Made by a program: the position numbers and the translations under genes. Positions 8,841 to 17,519 of a stretch of 17,519 nucleotides of DNA are shown in pieces. Each line of letters begins with the position of its first letter. Positions within the stretch are counted from its first letter, which is position 1. This stretch comes from Octopus sinensis. Lineage: Eukaryota. Below the pieces are notes generated by a model. That model searched no databases. It was not told where the DNA came from and saw only the letters and a program-made list of their open reading frames with translations. Location: NCBI RefSeq assembly GCF_006345805.1, contig NW_021824804.1, forward strand, positions 1 to 17,519, in the 5' to 3' direction.

Positions 8841-9220
8841 AGGCGGCGAGCTGGCAGAATCGTTAGCACGCCGGGCGAAATGCTTAGCGGTATTTCATCT
8901 GCCGCTACGTTCTGAGTTCAAATTCCGCCGAGGTCGGCTTTGCCTTTCATCGTTTCGGGGTCGATTAAATAAGTACCAGTTACGCACTGGGGTCGATATA
9001 ATCGACTTAATCTGTTTGTCTGTCCTTGTTTGTCCTCTTTGTGTTTAGCCCCTTGTGGGTAGAAAAGAAATAGGTATTCCGTCTGCCGCTACGTTCTGAG
9101 TTCAAATTCCGCTGAGGTCGACTTTGCCTTTCATCCTTTCGGGGTCGGGGTCGATATAATCGACTTAATCCGTTTGTTTGTCCTCTCTGTGTTTAGCCCC
9201 TTGTGGGTAGTAAAGAAATA
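8841..9220 (+). mobile_element. tRNA-derived SINE family A, 1.6-mer, with perfect 17-bp TSD
   Basis: TSD GATATAGTACGAGCCAA at 8824-8840 and 9221-9237; A-box-like TGGCAGAATCGTTAG; B box GAGTTCAAATTCC; second partial unit 9073-9220. Confidence 0.93.
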
Positions 9221-9242
9221 GATATAGTACGAGCCAATATAA

Positions 9243-9283
9243 ATGGTTGGTTGGCTGGTTGTTCGGTTGGTTGGTTGGTTGGT
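9243..9283. repeat. (TTGG)n microsatellite
   Basis: Directly visible, imperfect. Confidence 0.85.
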
Positions 9284-9320
9284 AGAGTTATTGGTGGGAC
9301 TCTTTAGTCAAGTTTTACAA

Positions 9321-9666
9321 CAGGGTTTCTCAACCATTTTCTTATCTGTGGACCCCTTCGGTTGCTATTTACATTCTGTGGACCCCCATATCCATTCGAT
9401 GTTGAAAAGCAGCTTCATAGAAACTTCTTTCGAATTTCCTATTGCTTTTCACACATTAACTTGTTTCGGATAAATTATGTAAAATGTTAGAGAAAGAACC
9501 CAATCTTTTTACTGCAATACATACCAATACATACAGCTACTGCAACATTTTTTCGGGGTCTTTAAAATCCTATTGTGGATCCTCAGTTTAATATTTTGTT
9601 GCACGGACCCCAAAAAATCTTACATAGACCCTCAGGAGCCATCTGGACCCCGGTTGAGAGCCACTG
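9321..9666. mobile_element. hAT (Charlie/MER5-like) MITE
   Basis: TIRs CAGGGTTTCTCAACC (9321-9335)/GGTTGAGAGCCACTG (9652-9666), 12/15 match; 8-bp flanks TTTTACAA/ATTTACGA (6/8); repeated subterminal GGACCC motifs. Confidence 0.8.
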
Positions 9667-10078
9667 ATTTACGAGGGAGAAAGAGAGAGTTTTACCACAA
9701 GAAGTACAAGAAGAGGCCACGCTTGGTGGCAGGCAATGAGTAAAAGAACACTATTCACAGCGGACGAGAAAGAAGGGAGAAATTCAGAGGCGGTGGAAAT
9801 GACAGATTTTGCTGTGGCTGTAAAAAAGCTCTGCAATATTAAATATTTATTTTAACGAATATTTTCCACAGGCGCTTTACACGAAGCTGTTCCTCAGTAA
9901 AGGTTTTGTTTTTCATTATTCACTAGGTTATTCTCTAAACTAAGTATTTATAGAAAACTGTTTTAAATAAATATATCACTTGATTGCTACAATAATATTT
10001 TTACGTTTTTGCCACCATGGCTAACAACAGGAAATATGACATACATATAACAAATTAAAATTTAATTTGTTAAATTGT

Positions 10079-10079
<1 letters not shown>

Positions 10080-10112
<33 letters not shown>

Positions 10113-10172
10113 TGTATGTATGTATGTATGTATGTATGTATGTGTATGTATATATGTAGGCGTGTGTGTGTA
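10080..10172. repeat. (TATG)n microsatellite
   Basis: Directly visible. Confidence 0.97.
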
Positions 10173-10174
10173 TG

Positions 10175-10468
10175 AATCTTTTGAGCAAACAGCCTTGGAG
10201 TGAAAATAATGGAAACCGTCGTGTCAAAATGGTATAAGAAACTGTTCCAGCCAACATTAATGGGCTAAGGGGTGCAAAGCAAAGGGGCTGCAAATATACC
10301 TCCTGCACTGACCCGTTAAGCTCATACTTGCAATATCTGCGGACTTCTTTGCAAATCCTAGACGGGCCTCAAACGTTACATTCAACACAAGCATTTTCAT
10401 TGACAAAGGAAGTATAGGTTGTCGGTTCCTAATACGTCAAAACCGACATGGAAGTCCGTCAGAGAGAC

Positions 10469-10512
<44 letters not shown>

Positions 10513-10513
10513 C
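10175..10513 (+). mobile_element. 5'-truncated LINE 3' end (RTE-like): C2H2-finger relic, 3' stem-loop, (AGAT)n tail
   Basis: 10323-10403 translates HTCNICGLLCKS*TGLKRYIQHKHFH*; stem TGTCGGTT (10420-10427)/AACCGACA (10441-10448); microsatellite tail 10461-10513. Confidence 0.6.
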
Positions 10514-10556
10514 CAAAACAGGTAGAAACGACAAAAAAGAAAACTACTCCTGCCAG

Positions 10557-10929
10557 TGAGAGATAAATATTAATTTGATAAACAACCCAAAGACCTACAA
10601 ATAGTTTCATATTCTTATGATACTTTAAATCGCCTGCATTAATTGCGGTTTCTGCAAATAAAGGAGGACGGGACCTTAGGTTTCTTGCTTTCATTTCTTG
10701 CTTCTCTTTCCATTTCCTGCGTCAACCTTCTTCGCGTTTCTCATATGTTTTCTTATTTTCTCAATGTCCAGCTCTCTAGTTATTAAAATATATCTAACAC
10801 TTAAACAGAGCCTGAAAGATTTCTTGGAGATACCTGGCATATTTTATAAATATGCCTATTTAAAAGTATCTTAAAAGCATGAAACTATTGGTATTCGTTT
10901 CGGTGTGTGTATTAAATTGATGTTTCTCA
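10557..10929 (+). mobile_element. Old inverted-arm element with a degenerate hammerhead core
   Basis: Reverse complement of 10596-10630 (ATTTAAAGTATCATAAGAATATGAAACTATTTGTA) aligns with 10858-10893 (ATTTAAAAGTATCTTAAAAGCATGAAACTATTGGTA); CTGAAAGA at 10812-10819; hairpin 10836-10856; GAAAC...GTA at 10881-10893. Confidence 0.55.
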
Positions 10930-10998
10930 ATCTTAACTCTTTGAGAAAAAAATCTTCTCTCCAAATATTATAACTGTATCAAGGAATTTCCAAACGCT

Positions 10999-11000
<2 letters not shown>

Positions 11001-11061
<61 letters not shown>
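11001..11061. repeat. (TA)n microsatellite
   Basis: Directly visible. Confidence 0.97.
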
Positions 11062-11064
<3 letters not shown>

Positions 11065-11356
11065 CTATAAGATATATATGTATGCTATTGAGGTTCTCAT
11101 TTTGTTAAATCAATCCAACATTATAATATCCGAAAGTTGATGAACAAACTAAATTTGTTTCTCCATTTTCTTATTTGTATTATAAATTTACGGTAAAAAA
11201 AATTGTTTACCTTCACCTGTTTAATACAATAAATGAGTTAATTGCATTGCAATTAAAAACATTTATGTATTAAGAATCAGGGTACTTTACCAACAGGATA
11301 TTGGATTAGTGCTATCCCTTAGTGGGTTATACCAATAACCCTATCTTACTTTGTAC

Positions 11357-11424
<68 letters not shown>
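11357..11424. repeat. (TA)n microsatellite
   Basis: Directly visible. Confidence 0.97.
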
Positions 11425-11426
<2 letters not shown>

Positions 11427-11740
11427 CACACACAACGTCAATAACCATTATAATTCGTCACTACAAGCAGGTGTTTCAAAGAAAGCCGACAGAAATTTCT
11501 AAAAAATCCCGTTATTACCATATCGGACCCGATTTCAGAGTTAGTTCATAAGTGATAAATGCGGCAAAGAAATAAATGAAATACTTACTTACACCCATGG
11601 AAGAAGCAAACACTAAGTCATGAGCACAACTAAGTACGGATTCTGTACAATTTCTGCCTACACATTTCTCTCACAAAGTATGGGTCTATCCAAAGCTATA
11701 CATAAATTACATTTGTCCAAGATACTACAGATATATAGAA

Positions 11741-11763
11741 TATATATATATATAATATATATA

Positions 11764-11806
<43 letters not shown>

Positions 11807-11830
11807 ATATATATACATACATAATATATT
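11741..11830. repeat. (TA)n microsatellite
   Basis: Directly visible. Confidence 0.96.
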
Positions 11831-11860
11831 AGAAGGTTTGGAGATGATGTACAGGTATTT

Positions 11861-12339
11861 TATATTAAAGAAATGAGGTACTCAGAAATTCGGATGGTTT
11901 TATATTTACAGATATTTATTTGTATATTACATGTTTTTATACATCATATATCATATAACATATATAGCGATTTCGTCCATTCTAGTAGAGTTTTCAATTT
12001 GAACTAAGTTCTTGGGGAAAATTTGACTATTTTTATAGTGTATTGAGTGTGTAGTGGTGGGGAGAGATATAAGATAGTACAAGACAGTACACTTTCACAG
12101 CATTCATCACCCTCTTGTACTATCTTATATCTCTCCCCACCACTACACACTCAATAACACTATAAAAATAGTCAAATTTTCCCCAAGAACTTAGTTCAAA
12201 TTGAAAACTCCACTAGAATGGACGAAAGCCCTAATATATGATATATGATATATATTGTATAAGAACATGTAATATACAAATAAATATCTGTAAATACAAA
12301 ACCATCCGAATTTCTGAGTACCTCATTTCTTCTAATATA
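11861..12339. mobile_element. Near-perfect long fold-back element: about 225-bp arms, 28-nt spacer, inserted in (TA)n
   Basis: 11861-12084 is the reverse complement of 12113-12339 with few differences; spacer CAGTACACTTTCACAGCATTCATCACCC at 12085-12112. Confidence 0.9.
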
Positions 12340-12578
12340 TATATATATATATGTAGTATAATGGGATCGATCTCGAAATCTCGTAGTTACGAAGCAAACA
12401 TTATTTCTGTCTCGTACCATTCTTCGCATCGAACCGCTACGGGGTGGCTCCGGTAACATATCTGCATTCCTATAAAAAGAAATTGCTGACCCCACTCACA
12501 CAACGTTTCTGCAATTTCTCGGAGGAATCGACGGTGTAATTGCTCTCCCACGGCCCTTCTCACAGTGCAACAAAACGC

Positions 12579-12619
12579 GTATGCGTATGTATGTGTGTGC
12601 GTGCATGAGTGTGCGTGTG

Positions 12620-12663
<44 letters not shown>

Positions 12664-12678
12664 CGTGTATGCGTGCAT
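12579..12678. repeat. (TG)n microsatellite
   Basis: Directly visible. Confidence 0.95.
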
Positions 12679-12762
12679 GCAATAATTTCCATAAATTTGC
12701 ATATATTTGAATTAATGAATGAATCAAATCTTAAAGTAGCGTTAAAAAAGACTACGTCATCT

Positions 12763-12765
<3 letters not shown>

Positions 12766-12817
<52 letters not shown>

Positions 12818-12861
12818 ATGTGTATATGTATATGTATATATATGTATATATATATGTATGT

Positions 12862-12901
<40 letters not shown>

Positions 12902-13143
12902 GATATGATATATATATGTATATATATATACTATATATGTATAATGCAAAATAAGAAAATGGAATATATATATGTATGTATATGTATGTGCGTATGTATG
13001 CACGTTTGTGCATATATACACATACAAACATACATACATACATACATACATACATGCATGCATACATACATACATGCATGCATACATACATACATGCATG
13101 CATACATACATACATACACACATACATACATACTTGCATGCAT
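12766..13143. repeat. (TA)n, (TATG)n, (TACA)n/(TGCA) compound microsatellite
   Basis: Directly visible. Confidence 0.95.
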
Positions 13144-13282
13144 AGTTGTGACACAATCACTCGAGATGACTTACGAAACATAAATAAGAAAGTCTAAGCA
13201 AAATTCCGTTTGTGTCAGAAATGGTCAACAGACCCCCTCAATGGTTACAAGTCCAGACATGGTCACTTATGGTCTTGCTTAG

Positions 13283-13642
13283 TTGCTGTTTAACCACAGG
13301 CAAACTTTGAGTCAACAGGCAGGATAACTCATCAAATGTGTTCCCTTGCATGACCGTTCTCCCTTTTTATTCAGGCATCGTATAATCTAACTACTTCGGT
13401 GTAGTAGTAGTAGTAGGCGAGCTGGCAGAAACGTTAGTACGCCGGGCGAAATGCGTAGCCGTATTTCGTCTGCCGTTACGTTCTGAGTTCAAATTCCGCC
13501 GAGGTCGACTTTGCCTTTCATCCTTTCGGGGTCGATAAATTAAGGACCAGTTACGCACTGGGGTCGATGTAATCGACTTCATCTGTTTGTCTGTCCTTGT
13601 TTGTTCCCTCTGTGTTTAGCCCCTTGTGGGTAGTAAAGAAAT

Positions 13643-13679
<37 letters not shown>

Positions 13680-14630
13680 TGCTGTCGTTGTTTAAAACCC
13701 AGCTTTGCTCTGATTCAGTCGGCAGTCCTGTGATCAAAGGCATTCTTTCCGTGACCATTCCATCTTTTATTTAGACATGGTGTACCTTACTGTTATTGTT
13801 GTTCATGTTATTTTTTATGTTGTTGTAATTGCTCTTGTTCTTGTTGTCTTTGTTGATGATGATGACGATGACACCGTTGCCATTGTCATTGTTTAGTTCA
13901 GTTCTGAATCAATACGCAGAATTAAGATCAACGTCGTTCCTTCCGCAACCATCCCCATAAATTAACTTTTTCGTCTCTAGCACTACGCTTTTACCACCGT
14001 TACTGTTGTTGTTGTTGTTGTTGCTAAGCAACAAGACGGGTAAGGGTGATTAGGTGATGGTCTAGGGCTTAGGGGCGGGAGACCCCAGACCTTGGGAAAA
14101 AAAATCTTTGGTCGTCTTGTAGTCGAGGGCTTTTCGTTGACGCCCGACACCACTGGGAAGTGGCCCTCGAAGTCGCTGGAAATGGAGATCTCCAGGTCCA
14201 AATTCTTGAACGGCTGCTGCTGCTGCTGTTGCTGTTGTCGTTGTTATTTCGCCACGAGTCAGTTCTGATTCAGTAAACCTAACTGATCGAAAGCGTTCCT
14301 GCAATGACCATCACATCTAATACTTATATCAGGGTCAACGTTGTTTAATCTACCTTTTTATTTCTTTAAGATAGTCGGCTGCGAGGTAAGGGAAATTTAG
14401 CAGCTATTTCTAGCAGGTCGAGCAACCACGGAAAAGCTTCCTGGCTTTGGTTTGTCTTCTTTCGTGATTCAGTTTATATTCGGTTTATATTGTTATTGTT
14501 GTTATTACTGCTGTTGTTACTGTCTTGTTGCTGATGCTGATGCTGATGATACTGCTGATGCTGTTGTTTTAAACCCATTTCCGCCGGAGTCGAGCTAACC
14601 TATGATTCGTATGCATTCATCCAATAACTT
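13283..14630 (-). repeat. Cluster of about five diverged family D units, each preceded on + by GTT-rich sequence
   Basis: Units at about 13283-13375, 13685-13790, 13888-13960, 14240-14445 and 14563-14630 share GTTGTTT...TGATC/TGATT...CRTTC...(G)ACC. Confidence 0.55.
13416..13643 (+). mobile_element. SINE family A monomer inserted in a (GTA)n tract
   Basis: High similarity to 8841-9072; (GTA)n on both sides. Confidence 0.92.
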
Positions 14631-14776
14631 GGTGCGTATTTCATCACGTGCGTCTTTCCTTCACGCTCTCGCTACTACAGCTGTTTCATAAGCCTCTGTT
14701 CTCCAAATCTTTCGCGCCTCTTCATAGATATGGATATTTATATATTATCCTGTGTAACACGATATTTTGTCCTTGG

Positions 14777-15030
14777 ATAGCAACTGTTATTTCCTATTTG
14801 CTTACCCTTAGAAAGTATGAAAAATGGCCAATATTTCTTTCAAACTTTGCCTTTGTTACATTTATTCAAATCCCAAAGAATCCCTCTCTACACATGGTTA
14901 TGATGCTCCCTCACTACTCCTGCACATGATCGGAGATGTGCATATTGTTAGCCACTAAAGGGCATGCTCAAGTGGTTAAGGTCAAGCAAATGACAAGCAA
15001 ATCTGTGATACTGAGCAGAATATCTGCTAT
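14777..15030. mobile_element. Possible MITE-like dispersed repeat
   Basis: Weak inverted ends ATAGCAACTGTT/AATATCTGCTAT and internal hairpin TGCACAT/ATGTGCA (14921-14942); single copy in this window. Confidence 0.3.
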
Positions 15031-15545
15031 AATGATATTTCTGCTTCAGCATTTCAGCGCTGAATCTGTCTGAAATGTAATGGAAAATAGGTCGGCTAGG
15101 AAAATATTGATGTCCAGGTTACAAAAGCAAAGTTTGAAGGGAACAGTAGTCATTTTCTTTGATTTCTACATAGAAACAAATAGGAAATACGACTTACTGG
15201 CCAAAAAAAAAAAGAAATTAAAATTTCGTTACACAGTGTTATGTGCGTGCATTCCCTCGATTTCCTGTAATTCACACCGCCTCATAGTCACAGCAGACAA
15301 AACGGAATAGGCGTTGCCCCGGAGAATGGGGAGAGAAATGTTCGGAAACAGCCATTCTAACTCACGGTGCTCGCACTTGCAACCATATGATTGTCTGTAG
15401 TACCTGTATATAACAACACACACACACTGTCTTTCTCTCTCTCTCTTTCCTTATCTCTTCCTCTCTCTCTGACACACAAACACATCCATACATACACACA
15501 TACATGCATACATATATGCATACATACATTTTATATATATATATC

Positions 15546-15706
15546 GGAGGCTTTTTTCAGTTTCCGTCCACCAAATCCATTCACAAAGCTTTGGTTGGCT
15601 CGAGACTATAGTAGAAAACAGTTTCCCAAGGGACCGCACAGTGTAACTAAATCCAGCATCATAAGGTTGAGAAGCAAACTTCTTACCATAGTCACACCTG
15701 CACCTA
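15546..15706 (-). mobile_element. SINE family B, diverged 5' half
   Basis: TTTCAGTTTCCGTCCACCAAATCCATTCACAAAGCTTTGGT...CTTCTTACCA matches the other B copies. Confidence 0.8.
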
Positions 15707-15815
15707 CGACTCACAAAAGGTTTTGTAAAAAATACTGAATGCAGTCACAATATTTAAAGAATGATTTTTTAAACGTTGTTATTAACTATTTTCAAAGAAA
15801 AATTTCAGAGAACAG

Positions 15816-15949
15816 AACCTTGGGGGAAGTAGATTCGTAAAGTATGTATTTTCTGTGTAAGCGCTTTCAAACGTATGTATGAAAAGCTGAACAGCGAAAA
15901 TGCTTACGCACAAAATAGACGCAATACGAAGAGTTCCTTCCCAAAGGTT
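15816..15949. repeat. Old short fold-back (about 54-bp diverged arms)
   Basis: AACCTT.GGG...TTCGTA...TATTTT.TG.GTAAGC..TTTC pairs with GAAA..GCTTAC.CA.AAAATA...TACGAA...CCC.AAGGTT. Confidence 0.6.
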
Positions 15950-15991
15950 TGTGATATTCTGTTGTCTTTGACATTCTTTTGATATCTTTTA

Positions 15992-16606
15992 TCTTTCATC
16001 TTTCACTTGTTTCAGTCATTAGACTGCGACAATGCTGAGACACCACTTCGAAGGACTTTTATTCGAATGAATCGGCAGCAGTACTATTTTTTTTAAGCCT
16101 GGTACTTACGGCGAGCTGGCAGAAACGTTAGCGCGCCGGGCGAAATGCTTAGCGGTATTTCATCTGCCGCTACGTTCTGAGTTCAAATTCCGCCGAGGTC
16201 GACTTTGCCTTTCATCCTTTCGAGGTCGATTAAATAAGTACCAGTTACGCACTGGGGTCGATATAATCGACTTAATCCGTTTGTTTGTCCTTGTTTGTCC
16301 TCTCTGTGTGTAGCCCCTTGCGGGCAGTAAAGAAATAGTTACTTACTCTATCGGGTCTTTTATCAAACCGATAGGTTACGGGAACGTAAACACACCAACA
16401 CCAGTTATCAAGCGGTAGAGGGGTCCAAGCTCAGACACAAAGACACACACAGATATGTGTGTGTGACGGGCTTCTTTCAGTTTCCATCTACCAAATCCAC
16501 TCACTAGGTTTTGGTCGGCTCGAGGCTATCATAGAAGCCAGTTGCCCAAGACGTCGCACAGGGGGACTGAACCCGAAACCATGTGGCTAGGAAACAAACT
16601 TCTTTA
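15992..16606 (-). mobile_element. SINE family B, near full length, interrupted by a nested family A copy
   Basis: Tail 15992-16109 and body/head 16338-16606 join into a sequence colinear with 3178-3640. Confidence 0.85.
16110..16337 (+). mobile_element. SINE family A monomer nested in family B
   Basis: Near-identical to 8841-9072; flanked by GGTACTTAC (16101-16109)/GTTACTTAC (16338-16346). Confidence 0.92.
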
Positions 16607-16620
16607 CGGACTTTCTGTGG

Positions 16621-16644
16621 CATATATATGTGTGTGTGTGTGTA

Positions 16645-16687
<43 letters not shown>

Positions 16688-16723
16688 GGATACATACATA
16701 CATACATACATACATACATACAA

Positions 16724-16757
<34 letters not shown>

Positions 16758-16765
16758 ATATATAC
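16621..16765. repeat. (TG)n-(TACA)n-(TG)n microsatellite
   Basis: Directly visible. Confidence 0.96.
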
Positions 16766-16767
16766 AA

Positions 16768-16988
16768 GCGTGGTAACTAGCTTGCTTAGGAACCACATTG
16801 TTCCGGGACCAGTCCCACTGCGTGGCACCTTGGGCAAGTGTCTCCTGCTATAGCCTCGGGCCGACCAAAGCCTTGTGAGTGGATTTGGTTGACGGAAACT
16901 GAAAGAAGCTCGTCGTATATATGTATATATATATATATGTATGTGTATGTTTGTGTGTCTGTGTTTATCCCCCAACATCGCTTGACAA
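16768..16988 (+). mobile_element. SINE family B, 3'-truncated
   Basis: GTGGTAACTAGCTTGCTT...AGTCCCACTGCGTGGCACCTTGGGCAAGTGTC...GGAAACTGAAAGAAG...CGCTTGACAA. Confidence 0.88.
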
Positions 16989-16989
16989 G

Positions 16990-17320
16990 ATAGACACAGA
17001 TATGTGTGTGTGTGCATATGTGTGTATAGATATACACATACATATATATTGTGTGTATATATATAATAATATATATATATATATATATAAATGCATATAC
17101 ATAGACGTACACATATATAGATACACATATATATGCATATATATATATATAGCCCATTGTTTGGTATTATAGTGCATTGTTGTACCATTCAAACTTTTTC
17201 TTCTTTATATATATATTATTTTAATCTGACACCTGCTCTTGATTCTCAGCGCGTATATAATATATATATATATTATATATATATATATATATTATATTAT
17301 ATATATATATATATATATAG

Positions 17321-17356
<36 letters not shown>

Positions 17357-17362
17357 ATATAC
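16990..17362. repeat. Low-complexity (TA)/(TG)/(CA) tracts with a short unique spacer
   Basis: Directly visible. Confidence 0.9.
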
Positions 17363-17519
17363 TTTTATTATTATTTGAATGAATGCCACGCATCCATTTC
17401 AAATAAGTAGTTTATCTTATATGTGTGTGTGTACGGTGATTGCTACTTTTGTCAGAAGAGTGCCATCTCTTCACTGAACATTGCACCCTGATGTGCATGT
17501 AGGTGGCGTTTCAGCCCAG

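Noticed and set aside
9860-9902. Possible micro-exon (TTTTCCACAG ... GTAAAG)
   Set aside because: The donor is weak and such motifs are common by chance; needs transcript data.
11238-11256. Palindrome TTAATTGCA-T-TGCAATTAA and hairpin GGGTTAT/ATAACCC near 11324-11341
   Set aside because: Short and AT-rich, with no larger element definable from this window.
11452-11560. Minus-strand UUUAUCAC-UUAUGA...GAAACA-ccugcu-UGUA-GUGACGAA hammerhead-like pattern
   Set aside because: Stems I and III can be drawn, but the CUGANGA box is defective and stem II does not close. Too weak to call without paralogues.
12387-13181. 264-aa ORF and the other long ORFs (3271-3831, 16604-17188, 7868-8233 etc.)
   Set aside because: They are translations of microsatellites and SINEs (YIYI, CVCV, HTHT, YLSI) with no domain content.
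14530-14562. CTGATGA motif
   Set aside because: Part of a (GCTGAT)n simple repeat with no GAAA partner or stems.
13283-14630. CRISPR-like repeat-spacer appearance
   Set aside because: Units are highly diverged and irregularly spaced, the context is eukaryotic, and there are no cas genes.

Overview
AT-rich, microsatellite-dense eukaryotic non-coding DNA (intronic or intergenic). No intact protein-coding gene is supported; nearly all listed ORFs are translations of (TA)n, (TG)n, (TACA)n or (AGAT)n. The SINE families resemble those I recall from octopus/coleoid cephalopod genomes, but that is recognition, not a search result. Contents: (i) at least three tRNA-derived SINE families, one copy with a perfect 17-bp TSD and one nested in another SINE; (ii) decayed coding relics of a pogo-type transposase (about 5270-5690), a LINE 3' end with a C2H2 finger (about 10160-10460) and a possible Penelope GIY-YIG C-terminus (about 630-930); (iii) a hAT-like MITE and several long fold-back elements. 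The most interesting signal is a recurring architecture of hammerhead-ribozyme-like cores (CUGANGA-stem II-GAAA-short stem III-NUH), usually within or beside inverted-repeat arms, at about 1029, 1556, 2778(-), 4086, 10812 and possibly 12201. This suggests several short, non-autonomous Penelope-derived or retrozyme-like elements, one apparently fused to a tRNA-like head. Every copy has at least one core defect, so ribozyme activity is not shown.
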